A DNA stretch of 64,000 bases, from positions 1,302,001 through 1,366,000 of the forward strand of contig BQFW01000008.1 of assembly GCA_020891255.1 (NCBI GenBank), given 5' to 3'. Positions within the stretch are counted from its first letter, which is position 1; each line of letters starts with the position of its first letter. Source of the DNA: Entomortierella parvispora E1425. Its lineage: Eukaryota > Fungi > Mortierellomycota. Below the pieces are notes generated by a model. It did no database searches, had not been told where the DNA came from, and was given only the letters and a program-made list of their open reading frames with translations. A program made the translations under genes and the position numbers. Of the stretch, positions 47,621-61,006 are shown piece after piece.

Positions 47621-48925
47621 TTATTGTCTCTTTTTCTCAGCGCTAGCTCGGAGCTGAATGACAGGAGCATCGCTTGATTTGAACTGGCCAGACGTTTCTG
47701 TCGATCCGGAAGAAGACAGAGCCTTTGATCCGTCTTCTTGTTGTTTCTGAGTCTGCTCCAACTGTTCCTTGGCTCTTTTCCGGGCCTTGTACATTTGAAT
47801 GCGGACAAACTTTGAGAACCAAAAGGAGTGCATGACGAAAGAGATGGCGTAGATGTAAGCAGCTCCACCGGCTGGACCCACATTGAAGGCCAGCTCATGA
47901 ACGCCTACAAAGTTGAAGAAAATCCGGGCCCCAAAAAAAAAAACTGAAAACCAAAAGTCGCTCTTCAGTTTTGGAAACATGTATCCCCAGCATAGAAACA
48001 CCGTGGAGCCTAAAAAACAGGAGAGAGAGAAAATAGAAAAAATCGTGTTTAGAACAAAGGAGGTTGAGTTTTCGGGTTTACACGGTTATTGTTTGTATTT
48101 TTTTTTTACGCTTGATTTACATTCAGACATCCCGGCGATAACAGCAAAGATGGAGAGCGCTCCCACACGGCACATGGAGAGGGTGATGATCGAGTACATA
48201 GCGTGGTGAATATCGCCTGTCAGGATGCCAACTTGATCTCGGTAGTGAGCGTAAGAGAGGACCTGATCACCCAAAGCATAGCCAATAAAGTACCCACAGA
48301 TCAACGAAGCCGTCATCGAGTCCCTCGGATAGTTTTCAAAAGACACCAGGAGCCGGCCGCCTCCGCCCCAGAAGAAGGGTCGATCTGGCGAGGCGGTCAA
48401 AACTGGCTTTAAAGGCGCAAGCGAAAACAGTGGCTGGGCAATGAACCATCGGAGGACATCGCCCAGCTTGCAGAGGACAAACGTTGCCTGTTGACCATTC
48501 GCTGAGGACCCCAGTTGCATGGCCCATTGATGGAGAGCGGGCATCCAGTGTGAAAAGACAGTAGCGGAAGGAGGAAGGCCGAGCGAGGTCGAGTCCAGTC
48601 CCAAGTAGTCGAAAATCGTACAGCGGAGTTGACCGATTTCCAGTAAAGAGAGAGAGAACATGAAGCAGGCGCAATAAAACGTCGCAACCCATGCCAGCCC
48701 GCGCCGGTTCGTGGTCAAAGAAGGGACAAAGTACCATGTCGGATAGAACAAGACAAACTGCATAATAAAGGCAATGGGAATGGTCTTGAGAAAGACAACA
48801 TTGTACGGGTTCAGCTCAATGCCCAGGAACTTTTCGTACGCTGTGAATGTTGCTCCTTGATTTGAGGCAATGTCGTCCAGCAAGCGGAGGGCCTCTTGTG
48901 CGGACTGAAGAGGGTGGCTATCCAT
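47621..48925 (-). CDS. TLC (TRAM/LAG1/CLN8) domain membrane protein, TMEM56-like
   Basis: Multiple TM segments, HHAMY and (E)LPTVFL-type motifs, FFFGARI and a C-terminal KKxx ER-retrieval signal (KKRQ*); two exons. Confidence 0.8.
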
Positions 48926-49934
48926 GATCAACGGTGGGTGAGAAGGGTGGAGGGGAGAGAAGAAGAAGAAGAAGAAGAAGAAGAAGAAAACAAATCCAAT
49001 TGCGTGCCTCCCGCAGTGAGCTGGAGGTGGACACGGACCACAGCCCCTCCATTGCCCCCTTCTCGTTTAAAGGGGGGCGGCCATTCCCTGACAAAAGGGG
49101 CAGGATGTCATCACAAAACCATTAGCGTGCATCTCGAGTGGATGAGCGATGCACAGAAGATACGGTCCCGATCTAGCGTTGTCCCAACGACGCGTTTGCC
49201 ACGACAAGGTTTAGGATCGGCTTTCATGCACCGTTATTCTGGTTCGGACCACCAAGGCGGGGATGGTGGCACAGGCATGTTGAGAGGATAAACGGTTCTA
49301 GCAGGCAAGAGTTGCGACCCGCTTTTGGACAATGGTCCGATGTGGGGGATCTGGGGAGGGGTGCCAGCCAGAACGGCAGCAAAAGAGTCACCGAAACTCT
49401 TTTGATGCAAGTCAGAGTCCGCAGGGTGGGGGGATCGATGGAAGGGAGAAGGGAGTCAGAGAGGCCAAACGGGAATTGGAGTGGAAGTGCACCCCTTCGG
49501 CTGGACCCAATTCAGTCCCCGCAGCCATCCCCCCGAGCGAGAGCGCAGACAGCAGGGGAGATGAATGGCCAGTTGAGCAGCGAGCCCTGGCGGACTCTAC
49601 TGCACAGCGTAGATCCCCAGAGAAACGTGGGAGATCAAGGAAGGTTTGTTTTTATTTTTTTTTTCAGCCTGTCTGCTTTTTATATATATTTCTGTCCTCC
49701 TCTTCTCTATCCCTTCTTTTCTTTCTCTCAGTACTCTTCTCTCTCTTCTCTCTCTCTTCTCTTTCTCTCCCCTCTCAGCTCTCTTCTGTCTCGCCACTTT
49801 TCATTTCCAAATCTCTCTTCAGCCCTCGAGATCACTCCCTGCTGCCATCTCCTTCCCTCCATTCCTCATTCTCATTACAGGAACTTATATTTGTGTCCAC
49901 AAGCATACCCCCCCTATTCTTAGTACCACAAACA

Positions 49935-52547
49935 ATGGCCTCCCGTGTGCTCGTGCGATCCGTTGGCACTTCTGCCTCGCCGCTTTCCCGCTCTATTTCT
50001 TCCCATTGCTACACCCCATTGAAACCCTTTGTCCCCCACTCTCGTGGACACACCCGCCTTAGTCCCCCTTCCACTCGACCTCCCCCGTCCTCCTTCTCCT
50101 CTTCTGCTTTTGCTCGCTCTTACTCTTCCGCCTCCCCTGCCGCCGTCAAGTCCTCCTCTGTCTGGTCCAAGGTCGCCGTTGGATCTACCATTGCACTTGC
50201 CACCTCGGCCACTCTCCTCTCCCAGTTGGCCAAGGCTCCCCAGATGGAGGCCAACTCTTCCGCACTCTCTCCTTTGACGGGCGGCAATGTCATTCAGGAC
50301 TTGCAGGACGAAAACAACCGCATTGCCGTCGAGAAAAAGTCGACCTTGGAGTTGCTGCGGTCCATTATGGTTTACAAAATGTGCACCTTCAGCCTTTTGG
50401 TCGACCTTGCCCCCCAGCTGATCCATCTGGCTGAATTGGTTCACCTGACCGCACCTGCTTACTGGATTGTCCGCAAGACGTTCTTTGCCCAGTTCTGCGG
50501 GTAAGTTTTGCTTGTTTGTTTTTTTGTGATTATTATTTTTCCTTCCGGGTCAATGGATGTGATGTTGTCGGGTGTGACTAACTTGGGGAGTCCAGAGAGA
50601 CGTTCTTTTTTTGGGTCGAGGGGTGGAATTCCAATTGGAGAAAGTACCTTCCCGGGCAAAGACGAAACGAACGAATTCGTGACAGATCTCTAGAGTTTCT
50701 GCTCCGATGGGGACAAAGGGGACCGGCTGGAACCTGCACCAGTCATGGACCGAGCTGGGTTCAGACTTGGAGTCTTGTTATGGACAAGCGCGCCACATCG
50801 GCCATTTAGGGCCAATGTGGACTTTTGGACCCTAACAAATGTCTTGGTCGGTGGCGGAGTCCGGGCCACGCGCCTCATTGGACGCGAGTCTGGTGCCAGG
50901 GTGGTGGCTGTGCTTCTCTAGTGCCATTTTTTAGTTCAAAGTACCTTTGGGACATTAGGATCGACGACTCATATCTCACTTCTTGACTTTTTTTTTTTTA
51001 TCATATAGTGGCGAAACTGCGGATGATTGCATTGGAACCATGAACCAGCTCAAGAATGCAGGAATTGGCTCCATCTTGGATCTGTCCATTGAGGTCGATC
51101 TGGACGAGTCTGATCTCGACCAGCAGACTCCAGAGGAGATCAGATCCCGCTTCAACAAGAGTGCAGACAACATTGCCCAGCAAATTAGCACATGCATCGA
51201 GACTGCCTCCAACATGTCAAAGTCCTTTGCTGCTATCAAGGTCACCGCTATGGGCTCCCCACTGCTCCTCCAGCAGGTTTCCACCACCTTGACTGCCCTC
51301 GAATCTGGATTCAAGAACATTGATCAGGACCGAGATGGAAAGGTCACCAAGGAAGAGTTCAAGGAGTTGGTCAAGATGTTGCCCAGCCCAGTTGACAACC
51401 AGCAGAGCTTGGATGCCGTCGTTGATCATTTGTTCAAGGAGGCAGACAAGGATCAGGATGGCCGCATTGACTGGGTCGACTTTGCCTGCACTGTCTCGAT
51501 GAACCGTGACGAAACCCGCGCTTTGTTTGCTTCAGACTCTAGCAAGGACGCCCCCATTCCCGGCCTCGAGAGCGCTGATCTTGAGGATTACAAGCGTCTC
51601 TTGACTCGCATGGAGAAGCTCTGCGACCAGGCTGAAAAGACCAACACCCGCCTGATGATTGACGCTGAGCAGTCTTACTTCCAACCCGCGATCGACAGTG
51701 TGGCACTCCACCTCCAGGAGCACTACAACCATACCCCTCATGCTGATGGGCCTTTGATCTACAACACCTACCAGATGTATCTTAAGGATGCTCTGGGTCG
51801 CCTTCAGCAGGATTATACCCGTGCCCAGAGAAATGGATACATCTTGGCTGCCAAGCTGGTCCGTGGTGCCTACATGGTCAGCGAGCGCAAGAGAGCGACC
51901 GAGTTGGGTCTTGAGGACCCCATCTGCGATGGTATCGAGGCCACCCATACCTCCTACAATGCCGGCGTTGACTTTATGTTGGGAGAGATGACTCGCAAGC
52001 AAAAGTTGATTGCTCTTGAGCACAAGCCCGAAGACAGTGCCTCTCTCTCGTTGAAGACCTCTCCTGTTGTTCTTTTTGTTGCTTCCCATAACAAGGACTC
52101 TGTGATGCGCACCTGCGAGCGCATGCAGGATCTTGGATTGTCGCCCCAGTCTGGTCTGGTCATGTTTGGTCAGTTGATGGGCATGTGCGACCAGATCTCC
52201 TACACTCTGGGCCAGCACGGCTATGGTATTTACAAATACGTTCCCTATGGACCTATTCACCATGTTATTCCCTATTTGATTCGGTAAGTCCAGGGTTACC
52301 CATGGAAGACCGTTTCCATTTTGCCGCCTTTTCTTTTCACAGAGATTTTCTAACCAATCGTTTCTTTTTTTTACATTGTTATCTATCTAATAGTCGTGCT
52401 CAAGAGAACGCTTCCGTGTTGGGAGGTGTGACCGTTGAGCGCAACCTGCTCTGGGCCGAGCTCAAGTCTCGCTTCATGGCGCAGAAGGAGCGTGCCCAGA
52501 TCCAGGCCGTCCCCATTGTGCCCGCTGGTCCTGCCACCACCATGTAA
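49935..52547 (+). CDS. PUT1: Mitochondrial proline dehydrogenase with EF-hand insert
   Basis: Arg/Ser-rich transit peptide. Motifs FFAQFCG|GE, AIKVTAMG, RLMIDAEQSYFQ, YNTYQMYLKD, KLVRGAY, ASHN, FGQLMGM and YVPYGP...PYLIR|RAQEN. Confidence 0.95.
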
Positions 52548-52712
52548 GGCGCCAGTGTGTGTGCCCTTTATCCCTTTGCATTTCCGCTGCCTGCATTCCT
52601 ACTCTTCTCTACCTTACCCCTTGTACTATACCATGATTAAATTAAACATAGAATAAAAAATTAGAATTATTATAAATTTAAATTATTTAATCGAGATAGT
52701 TTTATAAAATAT

Positions 52713-52813
52713 GCGATGATGACACCTACTGTCACGCCACCTACAGGCTGCCCTTGCTAAGTGCAACAAGCTGGCAATCACACTATGCCGATTAGCGAGG
52801 TGCGCCTGATCGC
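52713..52813 (+). ncRNA. Candidate box C/D snoRNA-like RNA
   Basis: ATGATGA (52716-52722) ... CTGA (52806-52809) with a GCGA/TCGC terminal complement and internal CACCT/AGGTG pairing. No rRNA guide recognised. Confidence 0.2.
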
Positions 52814-53493
52814 CGTCCATCGCCCCATTCCATTCCACTCCCTCCCTCTCCCTTGACTTGACTTCTTTTTATGTGTGCCTCCATTCGCATCCCTTTGTTG
52901 GCCATCTCTGTCGTCTTCATCACCTTGCCCATTCAAATCAACTGCACTGCTGGCTGCTTCCTTCCCCTCCTGTCACTCCCTCCCTTCTTCTCCCTCCAAC
53001 TATCCTTGCAGCCACAACCCCTTACTGCTGCTCCCTTCACGACTGTTAAGGTATCCCCTCCACCTCCATATCCCCTTCGCCATCGACAATCGCACATTGA
53101 ACTCTGTCTTGTAGCACAGATCATGTCCATGAGCGCAATTAATTATGCATGGTCAACTGTGCTATCCACTTGAGCTGACTGACAAACTCACGCTCCTTGT
53201 CCTATTCTTCTGACCCACACTAGACCCATCCATCTGCTCATCACCTGGCGCCTTTTTCCTTCATCGCCTTCATCTCCTCCATCGACCCGGAAACCCCTGC
53301 TCCAGGTGTCCTTGACTTTGTTCACGTTGTGGGCATTTTTCTTTCTTTTTTTTTTATTATCCCTTGCCACTTTGCCAACTTCTTCTCAGGAACAACATAC
53401 CAGGGAAAGGACTAGAGGATAGTAGACGACATATTGCAGGACAGTGATTGAGGACAGTGCAACCCCACCCAATACACAACATCCAACCGTGTC

Positions 53494-56400
53494 ATGGAGA
53501 GGTCACCTTTGCTCTCACCGCTGCAGACCGCCTCGAGTCAGCTAAAGTCGACCCGCATCCACTCGACCGTCAGCTCACCGGGAGGCGTTCAGCATATCCG
53601 CGGATACTCTCGCTCGCCACCGCCGCCTACCAAGCCGAGGTCGGAAAGCCATGACCGCTCCTTCTCTGATTCCAGGTACGGCGGTACTCTGCAGCACTCT
53701 TGCTAATGCGATAACACTAGCAGGATATTCCATCCAACCAGGGATGATATCGGAACCATGGGTGCTGACTGTCTATCTTTACATGCATGCATTTGCTGTC
53801 GCTTATAGGAAGCGATACGACCGAAGCCGCTCTCCAGAACGAGACGATCGCAATCGGCCACGGGATTTGTAAGCATCAAGATGGTCATCGACGCAATCGT
53901 TACAGCGGATAGTCCCTAATCATCAAGCCTTGGCGTACCCTTTTCTTTTTTTCATTTAGCCCAACTGGAGACAGGAGGAGACCACCAAGGGCTGGCATGG
54001 CCGCTCCCATAGGCAGGAACGGTCCCGCAGGGTCACCACCTTCAGAGATGGGCTTCCAGGAGGTATATTTTTCATTCTTTTTTGTTTCTTCCCTCGTCCT
54101 TTCATGCCTCCTTTTGCTCTCAATGTTTCTCGTCCCTTTTTAATGTCGGCGCCTTTTTTTTGTTTTTTGACCTGGGCGATGCTTTGGGGTGTTTAGCGAG
54201 AGGGAAATTGGTCTGCTATAAACAACTAACATTTGCCTTCCCTTTTCATTTGCAAACAGTCGAGACTAAAATACCGCGACAGGTTTCCTCCACGGGACCC
54301 ACGTTTTAGATCATCAGAGAGTTTGAAAGGGACTCCTGCTATGGGCGACCACGCAGGACCACCCACAGGCCCCTCCAGACATTTTGCCTCCAACTCGGCC
54401 CCCAACACATCAACATTATCACATTCTCGGGAATTCAGTCCTCCCCCTCACTACAAGGGCAACTTCAATGATGGGAACCACAACAATCGATCCATGGAGT
54501 ACTTTCCAACAGGACCGGCCGCAGGCATGGGACCCAGTGTTGGCCTTGGTCTTGGACCTATGCGTTATATGGATCGGGATGACTGGCGAGGCAGGCCAAA
54601 CCAGTTTTCACGGGAATTTGACCGAGAGAGAGACTTTAGGGGTCGAGATATTCGTCAGGACATTCGTGATATGCGGGACCTACGTGCTCCCAGGGATCCT
54701 CGAGAGGCGCGTGATATGCGTGAGCCACCACGAGACCGTGAATGGAGAGACAGAGACATGGCATTCAACAGAGAAGTCGACCCTCGCGACAGAGACCCCA
54801 GGGACCGAGATTTGCGAGAAGTTGGCATCAACACTCGTGACCTTCGAGATCGAGAGCCTAGGGAGCGTGGTGCCTGGGGCGCGGAAGTCAAAGGGCGGGA
54901 CCCTCTGAACAACCGGGATGGACCTGAAATGGACGTTCGTGAGCTTGTTGAACGAGAGCGCGAGCGTGAACGGGAGCGCGATCGTGACAGGGACAGGCAT
55001 CGCGAGCGACCCATTTGGTTGCATGAATCCGAGAAAGAAAGAGAGGGCCCAGGATCGAACAGGATGTCCTTCGACCATGGCGCCCGTGACCGGGATCGAG
55101 ATCGAGCGTCTAATTCTCGTATGACCCTTGCCCAAGAGCTGGATAGGGATCTTTTGGCCTATGCAGCAGACAAGGACAAGCAAACGACTGAAAAGATGGA
55201 CGATACCAGCATACCCGATGGACCAGCAGCTTCCCGAACGAATGATCAACGTCGTTCACTGTCAGTACATAGTCTGAAGGAGAGTCTTCCCAACGGTGAT
55301 ATGGCTTCTGCAGACCACACCCATCAAAGAGAACAGGAGCGGTTCTCTCGTCGAGACAGCGATATTTCAGATTCCGCTGTTAGAGAGCACAGAGATCGCG
55401 ATCGTCATTCGAGTTATAGACCTGAAGGGGCTGGCCTCCGGATGGATTTCGATGGTCGACCAGGACGCAACATTCCTGTCGGAAGGAGGCAGCGCATTCT
55501 TAGTGCACCATCTTCAGCAGAGGGACAAAGATTTTCTGAATCATTTGAGGTGGGCCATCCAACTCATCCAGCCAGAAATAGCTACCCCAACTCGCCTGCT
55601 GTAAAAATTGGACCTCACTCGGAGAAGGCTGAGAAGGAAGAAGACCGTGGCAGGATCATGGAAGGACCAATGAGAGGCGTCCAAGCTGAATCGGACTCTA
55701 CCAAAGCAGTCTCCAGCATTGCCGATTTGGCACTCCCTCGTTCGCCCACAGATGTTGAAATGCAGTCCCCACCAAGCAACGTCAGAGTCAGCACTGAGGA
55801 CACGGACATGAAATCTCCCACGCCATCAGATTCAAAGACTACAACAGCCGCTACAGCAACAATCGCAGCGGAAGTACCCACAGCTAGCCCTGTCAAGGAA
55901 GCAGAGCAAACTGCTGACAACGTGCCACTGGTTGAGAAGACAGCAACTGATGTTTCGGATGCCACTCCTTTGGAGCTGCCAACATCGGAACAGAAGGAGC
56001 CGAGTCTCGCCTCACCAGATTCCGTCACTTCAGTGCTGCAAGATGCCAAAGTAAAGCAGGAGGATGTTGAGCCAAGCGTGGAAAAGAGCGCTGCGCCTTC
56101 GATTCCACCACAGGATATGATGGTGGATCAAGTCATGGAGACGGCGGGCGATAAGGAAGTTGTCGCTGAGGAGATTTCTCAGAGCGCCGCACCCCTGACA
56201 TCACAACCGTCGCCAAGATCTTCTCCCGTCACAGAACCATTGGATACCCAACCACCTGCTGAAGTCGTCGAATTTGCGAATCACGCCGATATCTTGGTTG
56301 AGATTGACAAGATTGATGGCACTATTCAACAATACGAGGATATCTTGGCATCTCACCGTGTCAAGAAGGAGCAGGATCTGCTTGCACTGAACCAAACTTT

Positions 56401-59400
56401 ACTCTCCCAGGCTGATGACGAGGTACCCAATGTTGTCGATCAATCCGAGCTGGAATCAGTCGTGGAAGATTCAGCCATGGAGCTCGAAGTTGGAACTGAG
56501 GCCAAGGACTCCGAGCTTTCAACCTCTGCCGTAGAGCCCGCCAGTCCTGTGGACCTTGTTCCTGACAGGGATACGGAAGATCATGGCTTGGATATTGTTG
56601 GCAGCGAAGACATTGACATGGGCGTTGGTGAGCCCGATGTTGGGGTGGAAAGACATCGACAGATTGTTCAGTCATTTTCCAGACAGGATTTAATGGCGCC
56701 GATCGATGAGAATGATCCGTTCCTCAAGCGAAAAGTGGCCCAGACCCGTCGACCCCAGCTCTTTGATCAAATTTATGCTGAAAACAACACAAAGGCAAAG
56801 AAGTATGGTCGCGTCCACACTGCTATCCGTGATAGCTCACCCCACCGTCGCCTGCAACAACCAGCCCTTCAGGTTTTCGAATCCATCGAGGACTATCCTT
56901 GCTACCAGGAAAACATTGACAGTCATAGGCGATTCCGAGATGTTATGCTTCGAAACATGGCAGTGAAGGCCACGGCGCTGGATGAGAAAGAACTGGCGCT
57001 GAAGCGAGAGTACAAGCAGCACTGGGAGATTTGGACCAAAAAAGTGGAAAAGTTGGACAAGTTGAAGGAGAAGATGGCGACCGTTCCTGTCCCGGCCAAC
57101 GCTCGTGAGGAAGATCAGGTAGTAGGCGAGAGCGTCTTGTTCACCTCCACCCGGAATCGAAGAGGCGCGTACAACAGTGATGCTGTCCGAAGTGAAGCCG
57201 AGTTGCTAGAGATTATTCAGAGTCTGGAGAACGCCGACATGCGAAACCCAGATCTTCGAGCATCACGCACAGCTGCCACGGTCCCACCCATGATTTTGGA
57301 TCCCAACATCCGCGAAAAGGTGCATTACTATGACATGAACCATCTCGTCACAGACCCTGCCAAGTACTACCGCCTGGGAGCCGTGACCGATGTTTGGTCC
57401 GAGCAAGAGCGCGAGATTTTTATTAAGCGCTACATGAACTACCCAAAGCAGTTTGGAAAGATTGCGGCAGGATTGGAGGACAAGACGGCTTCTCAGTGTG
57501 TTTTGTTCTATTATCGCGAAAAGAAAAAGATTGGTTTCAAGGAAATGCTTTCGAACCGTGGCCGGAAACGCAAACCTGCTGGAAAGCGCAAGGAAAAGCC
57601 CGCCCAGACTGCTTCGCCCTCTGGACAACCAGGAAAGAAGCACAAGGGCAGTGCTTTGATCGAGGATATCGGCCAAGCCAACAGGACAAAGATGGCAAAG
57701 TCAAAGGAGCTCCGAGAGTTGCAGGAAATGAGCTCGTCCTGGAACGATGTTGAAGGCGAGCCAGGTCCCCGACGTCGTGTTAGGAGTGGAGCAGCCAATC
57801 AGGCGTCTGGCACTCCTGTTCCGGATGAAGCCGCAAGCAACGGTGCCAGTCCAGCACCTTCCTCAGCCCTTTCTACTCCTGTGCTATCCGCTGCTGAGCG
57901 ACGGAAGCAACGAACAAGAGCCACCAACAGCAGATCTACCGCAGCCAAGGCTGAAAAAGCAGCAGAAGAAGTGGCCGAGGAAAAGAAGCCCAAGGCAGAA
58001 AGGGGCACGTCTACAACAAATAATTCCAATAACCGCAAAGTAGTCGAGGAAGAGCCGTTGATTAGTGTGGACTCTCCAGGGTCTTCAACTAATGGAACAG
58101 TCAGCAAGGCTACAACCTTGGATCCTATTTTAACTGGCGCTCAGGAACTGGCTACAGGATCTGTGGCGTTCACGGTTCCTGGAAACCCTGCTGCTTCTGC
58201 TCGATGGACAACGGCCGAACATGCAAAGGCGATCGAGGCCCTCAAGAAGTTTGGTCGTGATTTTGAGGCAGTGGCGGCCGCTGTTGGCACAAAGACAGTG
58301 GACCAATGCCGTAACTTTTGCTTCAACTACAAACGAAAGTTTGGTGTGAGTGCTTTGGATGATGCCAATAGCCAGAGCCCGGCTGTCACCGTGGACGAAA
58401 CCGATGAAAAGGAGATGAATGCGCCGGTCGAGAAAACAAGAGGCAAGAAGGGTAGGGCCGCCAATGCAAGCTCTGTGCCTGGAACACCCACGACCCCCAC
58501 CAGCGCAAAGGACTCTACAGCGTCCGGTCGCCGTCGTGGAGCAAAGGCGGTTGCGACAGCAGCTGCTCCTGAGGCTATTAAGGATGAAGCTGTCGTGTCG
58601 CCGGGCTTGGAAACTACAGCTGTGCCGGTGACTGAAGAGGTCGAGACAACATCGGACAAACGCCGGAGAAAGAGAACTTCTTCCAAGGTTGAAACAGGAG
58701 CAGCCCAAGCGGAGGGCACAACTCCTGCGACGGCTACGTCTTTCCGTGCTCTTTACTCTCGTGATCCACCTTCTGCCTCAGCCTCCCCCAGCGCTCAAGG
58801 AGCATCGCCCGATACTGGAGCAGCCCAGCAGACCAATGCGGACGGTACCACGCGGCGACCCAACTCTTCTTCATACTGGTCTCGACAGGAGAAGATCGAC
58901 TTTGCGCGACTTTTGAGCATTCACGGCAAAGACTGGGACAAGATTTCAAAGGCAATGAAGACCAAGACATTGATCCAGGTTCGAAACCACTTTAGCAATC
59001 ATGCCGAAAAGCTATCTGTAGACAGCTTTGCTGGAAGCGAGCCCTCAGGATCGCCTCTGCCGACACTGAAGGAAGAGCCTGTTGGAGGAATGGTTGACAG
59101 TGAGGGTGGTTCCGGATACAGCTCCAACTACACACCATTGTCGGAAGCAGGACCAAAGACCGGCTACTTTGCTACACCAGTGGACGGACACGTGGAGTCG
59201 AACAAGAGAGAGGGTGTTCGATCCATGTCCCCTCCCAGACGTATAACCAACATTGGAAACTTGTTGAACAACGACGACGAGGAGATCCATGTTGCGGCCG
59301 AAGATTGGTTTGGTAACAATGAGGAAAGTGGACCACAGGATGCATCATTTGAAGAAAGAGAGCAGCGGGATCGCCACTATGACCATCACCACAGCCAGCA

Positions 59401-60721
59401 TCATCAACAGCACCAGCCACCCCCTCGCAGTGGACCACCAATGCATGAGGAACAACGTCGACTTACAGAGGATGAGGATGTTGAGACCGAGGATGAGCTC
59501 GACAGATCTCGTCTCGCTCATGGATCATATGACACTGGCTATTCTGGCCTGGCGGCTCCCGCTGGAGTACAGAGGAGGGCATCCGAGACCAATATTGGCA
59601 TGGGCGGCCATGGCTACCCCGTGGGTTCAGTTCACGATCGAGGATACTACGGTCAATCAGCCCATGGACAACATCCTCCACAGCATCCTCAACATCACGC
59701 GAGCCATGCCCCCAATGGTTCTGGTGTCCTAGGATCGCCTTATGGAGGTCAGCATTATTACGACTCACACCCGAGCGGCAACGGCGGTAACAGCGGCTAT
59801 CGATCCCCTCCCCCTTCGGGTGGGGCTCATGGTCTCCATCCCGTGGCATCACCGACGCACAGTCTTCCACCTGGACCAACATCCGTTGTCGGTCAGCCTC
59901 CTCACTATCAGCAGCCGTACTCGCACCAACAGCATCAGCGGTCCAGCAGCATTGGTCACTCGGAGATGATTGTGCCTCGTTCTCATCCCTCTCCCCAGAT
60001 CGGGATGCGTGCTCGCTCACCACTGTCGAATCAGGGTCCTTACTATGGCGGGCAGCAACAGGGTCATTCGCACCATGGATATCCATCGTCGGGGCCTTCG
60101 TATGGGTACCCACCACAGCATCTTCCTCACCCTCCTCGTCCCATGAGTGAGCAGCCCTCGATGGTTATGCAGCATGGTCATGGTCACTCTCACTCTCACT
60201 CTGGATCTGTCTCACGCTACAGTAGTCCCCCGGGCGTTGGAGGCCCCAGGAACGGACCAGGATCGCCTGTTCATTTGGAGCACAGTGGCAGCAGTGGACA
60301 TATTTCACACAGATATTCCCCTGTGCCGACGGCAGTGTCGGTGACTTCTCCCCGGATGTCGGATGCGTCCATGCATCACCATTCACATCACCTCCAGCAA
60401 CAGCCTCAGGTGCAACAGCAGCATCCACACGCTCAGCACCATAGGAGATCGTCCAGTCCGTACCAGCACCATATCCCGGGACAGATTACGTCTCCATCCT
60501 ATTTGCCAGGACCTCCCAAGCAGCACTCACCCTCACCTCGGTTTGCTTACAGCTCTGCTTCCTCTCCTGCGTCGCTGCTGCCCCCACCGCTCCCACCATC
60601 GGCCTCGTCATCCTCGGCCCCTGGTCCGGGTTATCATCCTGGACAGCACATTCAACAGCACCCTTCAGGATATGGCCCTTCGTCCTACGGACAATCGTCT
60701 CAATCACAGCATCCACGATAG
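53494..60721 (+). CDS. SNT1: SANT-domain corepressor, Snt1/NCoR-like (Set3 HDAC complex)
   Basis: Three SANT/Myb repeats (WSEQEREIF...YPKQFGKIA; WTTAEHAKAIEALKKFGRDF; WSRQEKIDF) and AVRSEAELLEII. Small 5' exons start at ATG 53494. Confidence 0.85.
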
Positions 60722-61006
60722 TGACATTTTAGTTTTTTTTTTTGGTCCCTTCCCTTCCTTTCTCCATTAGTTTTTGTATTGTAGAACTGCTCTGTAATTT
60801 AATATTATTACTTTTTTTTTTCTTTCTTCCTCTGATGACCAAATACAAAAATGACACAAAAAAATTGAACATGCACACTGTATGTACCTTGTAGCGACGT
60901 TTAGGAAAGAATCGAATGTATTTTTGTGTTGTTGTGTCGGATTGAAAAAGGGGGGGGGGGGGGGAGGATTGAAAAAAAAATGAAATGGGGAGGGAAAAGC
61001 TCATAC

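Noticed and set aside
54384-60716. Numerous alternate-frame and antisense ORFs over long CDSs
   Set aside because: They are expected shadows of codon-biased coding sequence; none shows an independent domain.
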